DNA of 6,848 nt. Source: Candidatus Heimdallarchaeota archaeon. GTDB lineage: Archaea; Asgardarchaeota; Heimdallarchaeia; JABLTI01. Of this stretch, positions 1 through 6,434 are shown piece by piece (position 1 is the first letter of the stretch; each line of letters starts with the position of its first letter). The stretch lies in the NCBI GenBank assembly GCA_030614005.1, contig JAUWKS010000107.1, positions 1-6,848 on the forward strand. The letters run 5' to 3'. Position numbers and translations under genes: made by a program. The notes under the pieces are model-generated. The model was given only the letters and a program-made list of their open reading frames with translations, made no database searches and was not told where the DNA came from.

Positions 1-3
1 AAC

Positions 4-11
4 TTTTAAAA
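4..11 (+). promoter_or_regulatory. Putative archaeal TATA box for tRNA-Thr
   Basis: TTTTAAAA begins 36 nt upstream of the mature tRNA 5' end, consistent with a TATA box plus a short leader. The AT-rich background lowers specificity. Confidence 0.4.
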
Positions 12-39
12 ATTTCAGTCATCGCACTCTATTGAACAA

Positions 40-115
40 GCCTCGATAGCTCAGTTGGTAGAGCGTTACCTTGGTAAGGTAAAGGTCAGGGGTTCAATCC
101 CCCTTCGAGGCTCCA
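40..115 (+). tRNA. tRNA-Thr (anticodon GGT), intronless, CCA encoded
   Basis: Cloverleaf folded by hand: acceptor GCCTCGA(40-46)/TCGAGGC(105-111), D stem GCTC/GAGC, anticodon stem TTACC/GGTAA with loop TTGGTAA (GGT at 73-75), T stem AGGGG/CCCCT with loop TTCAATC, discriminator T112, CCA 113-115. Confidence 0.97.
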
Positions 116-193
116 AGAATTACTACAGAGACTTTTCATTTCTTAAAACTTAAAAGTAATAAATTTATTACGAATCTCAAGGAATGTAAAAAC

Positions 194-979
194 ATGGTTC
201 AATTTATTGAGAATTATGATGAAATAATAGATTTAGCGGTACAATTCATTAGAGATGAAGTAAGCAAATCACAAACAAGAGGAGTTGTTTTAGGATTAAG
301 TGGTGGAATTGATTCTGCAATTATTGCACATTTATCAGCTATCGCGCTCGGGAAAGAGGAAATAGATTTAGTTCACCTGCCCGAGGAAGAGCTGGATAGC
401 ATCCATACAGAAGATGCGCAAGCCGTTGCCCATGATTTGGCCATTCCTTTAAGAATTATAAAAATTTCACCAATGCTTGATAGTGTATTTAAAGTGCTAC
501 CAAATGTTGAAAATAATGCTTTAGCTAAGGGAAATTTGAAAGCAAGAATTAGAGCGGTAATCCTATATTCTATAGCAAATATTGATAACAGACTGGTAAC
601 GGGAACATCAAATAAATCCGAAATATCAATTGGTTATGGAACGAAATTTGGTGATTTAGCAGCTGATATGTTGCCAATAGGTGAGATATATAAGACGGAA
701 CTGTATAAAATTGCTGAAAAGTTGGGTGTAAACCAAAAAGTCATTACAAAAGCCCCAACAGCAGGTTTATGGAAAGGGCAAACTGATGAAAAAGAAATTG
801 GAGTATCTTATGAAAAACTTGACAAGTTTCTAATTGGTTTAGAAAACAATAGAAAAGAAGAATTTCTCGCTGAGGAATTACAGTTAAAAGAAGAACAAAT
901 TGCTCGTATTAAACAACTTATCTCAAATAGTCATCACAAGAGAAGAATGCCAAAAACACTCTCGATAACCAGAAAATAA
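194..979 (+). CDS. nadE: NH3-dependent NAD+ synthetase (no glutaminase domain)
   Basis: PP-loop VVLGLSGGIDS, plus GNLKARIR, VTGTSNKSEISIGYGTKFGD, PIGEIYKTE and KAPTAGLWKGQTDEKEIG motifs. The 261 aa length fits a stand-alone synthetase domain. Confidence 0.96.
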   Translation: MVQFIENYDEIIDLAVQFIRDEVSKSQTRGVVLGLSGGIDSAIIAHLSAIALGKEEIDLVHLPEEELDSIHTEDAQAVAHDLAIPLRIIKISPMLDSVFKVLPNVENNALAKGNLKARIRAVILYSIANIDNRLVTGTSNKSEISIGYGTKFGDLAADMLPIGEIYKTELYKIAEKLGVNQKVITKAPTAGLWKGQTDEKEIGVSYEKLDKFLIGLENNRKEEFLAEELQLKEEQIARIKQLISNSHHKRRMPKTLSITRK

Positions 980-1059
980 CTACGAATAATTGGAAAATTT
1001 GAAAATGTGTTATAATATGATTTTTTGATGAGTATATATTATTTCATGTAAATATCATA

Positions 1060-1305
1060 ATGATCTTGATGGTTACTGACATTAGTAATAATATTATCCA
1101 AAACCTTCTTACAATTCTTAACATAGCATTAGTCTACATTGCAAAACTAGGAATGTGGATAGGCATTATGATTTCAACTGAAAAAACCAGTAAAGTTATT
1201 CTTTACAAGGAAAGAAGATGGAACGAAATTACTATTAGTAAGGGGTTAGGTCTTATCCTTTTCTCATTGATTCTGTATATTCTAGTTGTGCAAATCAATT
1301 TTTAA
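1060..1305 (+). CDS. Small hypothetical membrane protein (81 aa, two predicted TM segments)
   Basis: Two hydrophobic stretches (LLTILNIALVYIAKLGMWIGIMIS; GLGLILFSLILYILVV) separated by a basic loop. TATA-like TATATATTA at 1033-1041 lies about 20-27 nt before the ATG, and a T-rich tract follows the stop. No family recognised. Confidence 0.5.
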   Translation: MILMVTDISNNIIQNLLTILNIALVYIAKLGMWIGIMISTEKTSKVILYKERRWNEITISKGLGLILFSLILYILVVQINF

Positions 1306-1360
1306 TTTTTTATCTTCTATAAAAACTAAAAATATGTTTTTGTTAAATGATAAAATTTTA

Positions 1361-1421
1361 GTAAAAGGTTTAATATAGATAAAACAGCACTAATTTTGTA
1401 TAAACAGAAAAATATGTGATC
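1361..1421 (+). promoter_or_regulatory. Putative BRE/TATA promoter and SD for the RadB-like gene
   Basis: Purine-rich GTAAAAGG (1361-1368) followed by TTTAATAT (1369-1376). GTGATC at 1416-1421, 5 nt before ATG 1427, matches the archaeal SD consensus GGAGGTGATC. Confidence 0.45.
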
Positions 1422-1426
1422 AAGTT

Positions 1427-2056
1427 ATGCTTTCAAAATTTCTTGAAAAATCAAAAGTGTCAGATGGCATTACACACATAGCTGGTCCGCCAAATTCTGG
1501 AAAAACAACAATTCTTTATCATCTTTGTAAAGGGTTGAAAAAAGGGAAAAAGGCGTTAATTCTAGATTGTGAAATGAATTTCAGTGCAAGAAGACTTCGT
1601 GAAATAACTCTAGGAAAAGATATTGATTTTAATAATATAATACTTTTAAGAGTATTAGATAAAGCGAATCAAATAAGAATCATGATGAAATTACATGGTT
1701 TCTTTAAGAAGGAAAAACCTCTTTTTGTTGGGATAAATGGATTTACTAATCATTTTAGATTCAGCTCATTAAATGGAAATGAAATGAAATGGAACAAATC
1801 ATTATCTCTCCAAATGGCTTATTTGCAAATGGTTAGTAGAAAACTTAGCATACCAATAGTACTAACCAATCAAGTTAGTGTGTTTAAAGAAAATAATCTC
1901 AAAATAGTGCGTCCTTTCGCTAATTCCATCATCACAAGTTACGCAAATATCAACATTTTGCTTGAACATGTTAACAAGAAACTATGGAAAGCAAAGTATG
2001 AGAATCAAGAAATGTTTTATACTCTATCATCTCAAGGTGTTGAACTTATGACATGA
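1427..2056 (+). CDS. RadB-like / Rad51-paralog-like RecA-superfamily ATPase with degenerate Walker B
   Basis: Walker A GPPNSGKT; ILDCEMNFSARRL matches YIDTEGxFSPERL of RadA/RadB; IPIVLTNQV motif; core domain only (209 aa, no N-terminal HhH). Walker B reads FVGINGFT. Confidence 0.8.
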   Translation: MLSKFLEKSKVSDGITHIAGPPNSGKTTILYHLCKGLKKGKKALILDCEMNFSARRLREITLGKDIDFNNIILLRVLDKANQIRIMMKLHGFFKKEKPLFVGINGFTNHFRFSSLNGNEMKWNKSLSLQMAYLQMVSRKLSIPIVLTNQVSVFKENNLKIVRPFANSIITSYANINILLEHVNKKLWKAKYENQEMFYTLSSQGVELMT

Positions 2057-2189
2057 ATTTTGAACAAAATTTTTAGAAGAGCTTGGGACAAACTGTGAAC
2101 TCCACAGCTCTTCCTACACCGTCTACATCATCTCCCAAGATGTTTACAGTTCGCTTTTAGATGTTCGTTAGATTTAGACCTGAGGATTA

Positions 2190-2230
2190 CCAATAAATTT
2201 TTTTCTGCAAATCAGAAAATAATTTATTGG
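2190..2230. terminator. Long inverted repeat between convergent genes (possible bidirectional terminator or RNA hairpin)
   Basis: CCAATAAATT-T-TTTTCTG / loop CAAAT / CAGAAAA-T-AATTTATTGG: 17 of 18 positions pair, with one T-T mismatch. The repeat is certain; its function is inferred. Confidence 0.4.
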
Positions 2231-2318
2231 ATTACTTGCAATTGCAACAAAAGGACATATTGAGAAGCTCATATTATAAAATATAAAAAATAAAAAATAA
2301 AAGATATGGAGAGAGTGT

Positions 2319-2393
2319 CTAACTTTTTGCATTAAATAGCAGAAGAATAACAACAAACCATACAATTACTAATACTGTTGCAATTAATTCAAC
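2319..2393 (-). other. Out-of-frame C-terminal segment (third TM helix) of the OSTC-like gene
   Basis: Skipping one A of the A6 run (T6 at + strand 2394-2399) continues the reading as ...TTQK-VELIATVLVIVWFVVILLLFNAKS-stop (TAG at 2321-2319). This strongly hydrophobic helix sits where OSTC/DC2 has its third TM. Confidence 0.85.
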
Positions 2394-2745
2394 TTTTTTG
2401 AGTTGTATTAACATCAAAAGCATATTTTGTTGCATGTTCAAAAAGGTATAAACTTGCTGCAGCAAACGAGAAAACGAATCCTGCTACAATCCCCTCAATT
2501 AGATACTGGGCATGTTGATTAGGGGCAATAAATACCGGTGAATTTCCGTCTGAGCCTATACTAATGAGGGTTTCTCTGTTTACAATATCATATGCTCCAC
2601 CAGCAAAGATATAGAAAACAATTGCATAAATCATTATATAGAGAACACTACGAGGGATTCTTGTTGGTATTCGAATTGAAATTTGATGTAAACTGAAATT
2701 TGGTCGTCTAATCCCGGGGAAAACCCACGGTAGCTTCTTTGCCAT
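2389..2745 (-). CDS. Oligosaccharyltransferase subunit OSTC/DC2-like (OST3/OST6 family, no thioredoxin domain); frameshifted near the C-terminus, full length would be 2745..2319 (141 aa)
   Basis: FYIFAGGAYDIV...PVFIAPNQHAQYLIEGIVAGFVF aligns by eye with human OSTC as I recall it (YFLITGGIIYDVI...[24 protein letters not shown]). N-terminal RPNFSL resembles CPNLKL. Two TMs are in frame and the third is out of frame. Confidence 0.82.
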   Translation of the reverse strand: MAKKLPWVFPGIRRPNFSLHQISIRIPTRIPRSVLYIMIYAIVFYIFAGGAYDIVNRETLISIGSDGNSPVFIAPNQHAQYLIEGIVAGFVFSFAAASLYLFEHATKYAFDVNTTQKS

Positions 2746-2887
2746 TTTTATCTGTCTTTCGAAAACAACATACTATTTTAAAGATTTCGACAGATAATAC
2801 ACCACACAAAATATGTTGTGCAAAGTGACATGTAAACATATAATTTCTAATGTAAATAAAAAACTAAAAAATGGCACTTGTAGTGCT

Positions 2888-3661
2888 TCATCTTTTTATT
2901 CTTACTTTCTTTTCAAGGGGATATACAACAAAGCGACCAGGTGATCTCTCAACGTATTTCATTAAATATTTTTCAACCACAGAAGATGAAACTCCTAATT
3001 CGAGAGCTACCTCATTGAACTCTTTTTCTAATGCATCCTCATCTATTTCCTCGAGATACTCAAAAAATGAAGTCTCAAAGGATTCAGAATCTACAAAAAA
3101 CTGTTGTTGTTTTATCACACCAGAAACTGTTCCTTCATCTATCATTTTTTGAACAAAAGACAGGATTATAGAAGATTCTAACCCAAGTTTTGAGCTCATC
3201 TGTTTGAGATCGTGTTCTTCGCTTTTTGTTAAACTAGCAATAAAATGATGTTGAAGATATTTGTAAGTATAGAAGGCATTTTCACCAATCATACCTTTTT
3301 CGATGTGTTGTAAAAGGTTACCCAAAATGTTATCTTTCAATTTCCATCTTTTTTTTAGTTCAAGTAATTCAATTGTTCCAATGTTCTTTATTTTTTCCTT
3401 CAAATCTCCTAAATTATCTTCATCAATAGACAGAAACAACATTCTTTCACTAAGCAATATACCATGCAATTTTTTGGATGACTGAAGTTTATTGACGACT
3501 TTATATCTTTGCTGTAATGATAATTTAGAAGAGATTTTCTTTAGATTAACAAAATTCTTATTTATTAGCTCCTCCTGAAGGATAATAATAAAAAATTTTT
3601 CTTTGGAGATAAATAACTCTTTAATTTTGGCTAAGAGAGATGTCATGATACTCGAGAACAT
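2888..3661 (-). CDS. Tandem winged-helix protein (about 4 PCI/UFL1-like WH repeats)
   Basis: Four repeats of the pattern hxhxxhSxxLGhxxxxhxxxhxxhxxxGxhxG-beta hairpin (aa ~24-79, 84-133, 135-191, 196-256), clearest in DLKQMSSKLGLESSIILSFVQKMIDEGTVSGVI. The start may be Met6 (3646). The ORF is certainly coding; the family call is tentative. Confidence 0.65.
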   Translation of the reverse strand: MFSSIMTSLLAKIKELFISKEKFFIIILQEELINKNFVNLKKISSKLSLQQRYKVVNKLQSSKKLHGILLSERMLFLSIDEDNLGDLKEKIKNIGTIELLELKKRWKLKDNILGNLLQHIEKGMIGENAFYTYKYLQHHFIASLTKSEEHDLKQMSSKLGLESSIILSFVQKMIDEGTVSGVIKQQQFFVDSESFETSFFEYLEEIDEDALEKEFNEVALELGVSSSVVEKYLMKYVERSPGRFVVYPLEKKVRIKR

Positions 3662-3777
3662 CTATTTCTATTTCTTTATAAAATATTGCGTTTAATTCGA
3701 TTAACTAGAAAATAAGCCAAATTTGATTTTAGAAAGAAATTGTGGAGTTTATTTAGCTTGTTCACGTAAAAATATAG
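3662..3777. promoter_or_regulatory. Divergent promoter region
   Basis: 116-nt gap between divergent ORFs. TATA-like TTTTATAA on the minus strand (3683-3676) and TTTATTTA on the plus strand (3748-3755, about 23-30 nt before ATG 3778). Confidence 0.4.
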
Positions 3778-4704
3778 ATGAATATGTCAATTACTGAAAG
3801 AATTTCTTCAGGCATTGAAGGATTAGATATACTGTTACAAGGTGGAATGATTAAAAATACAATTAATTCCATTGTTGGGAGCAGCGGTACAGGCAAAACA
3901 ACTGTCGCTCTAGCCTATATTTACCAAGGCTTACTCGAAGGAGATCATACACTTTACTTGTCTTTTGAAGAGACGCCTTCTAAACTTATAGCCGGAGCAG
4001 AATCTTTAGGAATAAGAATTAAAGAAGTGTCACAGAATTTTACAGAACTCATACACCTTGTGGAAAGTGAGAAAATTGTTGAATTTATGACTAACATCCT
4101 TCCTGCTTTAGCTCAAAAACTTAAGCATAAAAACGTTAGACACACAAGAATCATTTTAGATCCACTTACACCAATTCTATGGGAATTCCCATCAGAAAAG
4201 GAACAAAGAAAGGTTTTAACAAAAATCTATCAGCACCTAAGTTCGTTAGGTACTGTTTTACAAACAGTTGAAGAACCTAATGCATTTGGACAAACAGATA
4301 TTGGAGCTATAGAAACAAGAGTTCCAATTTATCTATCAGACACAGTTGTCCACATTCAAAATCTTGGGTTAGGAGGTAAATATAACAGAACATGTAAAAT
4401 TGTTAAGTCTAGAAGAACAGCCCATCATGAAGGCATCTTCCCAATGCACTTTGCTCAGGGTTCAGGTATTGCTATTGATACAAGTTCAATTCAGGTAGAG
4501 TATAACGATCCATTAGTTTATGATACTAGATATAATGAATTAATGAAGAAAGTTAAACAAATGTCAAAAGATAAGGATCCAAAAAAGAGAATCATCGCCC
4601 AGATAGCGAAAAATCTGCTCAATGATAGACAAGAAAAGGGAGACAAAATTGAACTTGTAGATGCATTAACCAGTCCTCAAATACTTCAAGAGGTTAAAAA
4701 ATGA
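3778..4704 (+). CDS. Single-domain KaiC/RAD55-like ATPase with C-terminal helical extension
   Basis: RISSGIEGLDILLQGG N-terminal motif, Walker A GSSGTGKT, LYLSFEE (tandem Glu), Walker B RIILDPLT, YLSDTVVH, and IVKSRRTAH (KaiC-type K-x-R finger). Confidence 0.9.
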   Translation: MNMSITERISSGIEGLDILLQGGMIKNTINSIVGSSGTGKTTVALAYIYQGLLEGDHTLYLSFEETPSKLIAGAESLGIRIKEVSQNFTELIHLVESEKIVEFMTNILPALAQKLKHKNVRHTRIILDPLTPILWEFPSEKEQRKVLTKIYQHLSSLGTVLQTVEEPNAFGQTDIGAIETRVPIYLSDTVVHIQNLGLGGKYNRTCKIVKSRRTAHHEGIFPMHFAQGSGIAIDTSSIQVEYNDPLVYDTRYNELMKKVKQMSKDKDPKKRIIAQIAKNLLNDRQEKGDKIELVDALTSPQILQEVKK

Positions 4705-5060
4705 GCGATGGTTTCGGAATATCCTCAGAATTATCTGATTTGATACACTTAGATGATGTTGAAGCGGCTATACTCTTTCGAATAGATGGGAACGTTATCA
4801 ATTCAGCGTTTAAAGAACAGCATTCCAATGATATTCTCAGAACAATTCAATGGTGCAAAGCTAACGTGGAAAAAGTGTCACTTGAGATGAAAACCAACAA
4901 CTTGGCTAAAGTAACCTATGAGTTGAACAATTTCTGCGTTCTGTTTTCAGTGGTGAATAATGTTACAATTCTAACAACATTAGCAACTAAAACAGCTAAT
5001 CTAAGCCTTCTATCTATAGAAACTAAAAGAAAATCAATGTTGATTTCAACGAGTTTGTGA
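4701..5060 (+). CDS. Roadblock/LC7 (MglB/LAMTOR-like) domain protein
   Basis: 119 aa with Roadblock topology: helix, VEAAILFRIDGNVINS hairpin, long helix, three strands, ANLSLLSIETKR terminal helix (cf. xNLGLhxxEhRR). ATGA overlap with the upstream stop, and GAGGT SD. Confidence 0.85.
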   Translation: MSDGFGISSELSDLIHLDDVEAAILFRIDGNVINSAFKEQHSNDILRTIQWCKANVEKVSLEMKTNNLAKVTYELNNFCVLFSVVNNVTILTTLATKTANLSLLSIETKRKSMLISTSL

Positions 5061-5069
5061 GGAGTTTGC

Positions 5070-6410
5070 ATGAAAATAGCTACAGGAACTGCAAGCCATA
5101 GATCTATACATCAAGTAACTAAAAACATAGTGAAAGATGTAATTGGTGATATGAACGGGACTTCTGATTTCCTATTAGTAGGTTTTACACCAAACTACAG
5201 AAGTAAACAAACCTATAAAGAAGCACTCACGAAATTAAGTGAAGAAAGTGGAACATCAAACATAGTTGGGGGCACATTTCCAGGAGTTGCTACTTCAAAT
5301 GGATATCCAACAACACAAGGGTGCGCAGTTATGGCAATTAAATCCAATGATATTCAATTTCAAAACCCTTTCTCTTACTCTAATGTTAGAACGAATCCAA
5401 AGAAGGGTGCTAAAGTCATTCTGGATAGTTATAAGAAGATCAAACAAAAGAACAGAATGGGACTTTTTCTAGCCGCTGGTCCCTTTTTTGAACCAGACGC
5501 ATATGAACAAATGAAAATTTTGGATACTTTCTTTGCACAAAAATTCAAAGGAATGTTCAATGCAATTGGGAAAATCATAAACAAAAACATGGGTAAAAAT
5601 GGATTTGGTACAGCAAATTACGCAGATGAAATTCTGTCTATTCTTGCAAAAAAAAATGTCGAAAGTATAATTGGAGGAGCTACCATTGACTTAGACATGA
5701 GAACAAATTTTCAGTTTGAAGGAACAAATGTACTAAAAAATGCAATGGTTGGAACGTTTTTTTCATCGGATAAGTTGCAATTTAAGATTGATTGGACTTT
5801 TGACAAATCACAAAAATTGAACAATTTCGATATTTCAGAATTTCTTACAAGTGGGTATGTACAGAAAATTAATAAAGAACCTGCTCGCCAAGCATTTCTT
5901 GATCTTATTGGAATATCGGAGGAACTGTATAATGAATCTTTTGCACGATATGCAAATGCTTCGCTGTTATACTTAGCAGCACTCAATTCAGAAGATGAAG
6001 AACATATACCCTATGTTTCAATATGTCAATCAATTTTGAATGGAATTGTCACTACAATACCAGAAAGAATGTTGAAAAGGAAGAATATTAACGCAGATTT
6101 TTTCACTCAATCTGGAACAGGTATTCAAAAATCAGCGTTTGAGTGTGCTATGAAAGCATCTCAGAATATAGAAAAACCACTTTTTGGTATGTTTGTAAAT
6201 TGTAGTAATAGACTGCTAATTGCAGGAGACAAGATTGAAAAAGAAAATATTATGATTAGAGAAGCGATTGGAAATGACGTACCATTCATAACATTATATT
6301 CTGGTGGAGAATTTTCTGTGATAAAGAACAAACCAGTATTTTCAGCTGTATCTCTACATGGAATGGTTGCTGGTGAAAATACAGATACCACAAAAAATGT
6401 GGTGTTTTAA
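5070..6410 (+). CDS. Stand-alone FIST_N/FIST_C sensory domain protein
   Basis: FIST_N-like DFLLVGFTPNY...IVGGTFPG...GCAVMAI and IIGGAT. FIST_C GMFVNCSNR...ENIMIREAIGNDVPFITLYSGGEF matches the hhFSCxGR...E...h.GFYSxGEh pattern. SD GAGGAG at 5059-5064. No fused output domain. Confidence 0.88.
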   Translation: MKIATGTASHRSIHQVTKNIVKDVIGDMNGTSDFLLVGFTPNYRSKQTYKEALTKLSEESGTSNIVGGTFPGVATSNGYPTTQGCAVMAIKSNDIQFQNPFSYSNVRTNPKKGAKVILDSYKKIKQKNRMGLFLAAGPFFEPDAYEQMKILDTFFAQKFKGMFNAIGKIINKNMGKNGFGTANYADEILSILAKKNVESIIGGATIDLDMRTNFQFEGTNVLKNAMVGTFFSSDKLQFKIDWTFDKSQKLNNFDISEFLTSGYVQKINKEPARQAFLDLIGISEELYNESFARYANASLLYLAALNSEDEEHIPYVSICQSILNGIVTTIPERMLKRKNINADFFTQSGTGIQKSAFECAMKASQNIEKPLFGMFVNCSNRLLIAGDKIEKENIMIREAIGNDVPFITLYSGGEFSVIKNKPVFSAVSLHGMVAGENTDTTKNVVF

Positions 6411-6434
6411 ATGTTTTTTAGGATATGATATATA

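Noticed and set aside
40-193. tRNA as an integration site or genomic-island boundary
   Set aside because: No second copy of the tRNA 3' end, and no integrase or transposase in the window. The downstream gene is housekeeping nadE.
2093-2107. Fluoride riboswitch-like TGGAGTTC on the minus strand
   Set aside because: The flanks do not form the GGCGA/UCGCC-type P1 in register, there is no downstream GACUCC pseudoknot partner, and no fluoride-related gene follows.
2076-2139. HDV-like/theta ribozyme (P1-P2-P3-P1'-P2' order fits)
   Set aside because: It lacks the conserved UCC-type L3, the GG needed for P1.1 after P1', and a clear J4/2 catalytic motif. Only the topology is similar.
2180-2220. Hammerhead core CTGAGGA...GAAA
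   Set aside because: No stem II closes between CTGAGGA and GAAA, and stems I/III cannot be built.
2174-2365. 63-aa minus-strand ORF
   Set aside because: Runs through the low-complexity T-tract downstream of the OSTC-like gene and overlaps its true C-terminal frame. No protein-like motif.
2871-3485. Plus-strand ORFs 2871..3152 and 3303..3485
   Set aside because: Antisense shadows of the 257-aa winged-helix gene, with the Ser/Phe-rich composition typical of reverse-complement frames.
2888-3661. ESCRT-II (Vps22/25/36) assignment
   Set aside because: About four WH repeats rather than two, no PPxY-type N-terminal motifs, and no ESCRT-III or Vps4 neighbours. Not formally excluded without a profile search.
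3778-4704. Circadian clock kaiC
   Set aside because: Single domain, no Ser/Thr phosphosite pair, and no kaiA or kaiB in the window.
5266-6391. ORFs 5266..5472 (+), 5711..5986 (-) and 6161..6391 (-)
   Set aside because: Nested within or antisense to the well-supported FIST gene, with no motifs or translation signals.
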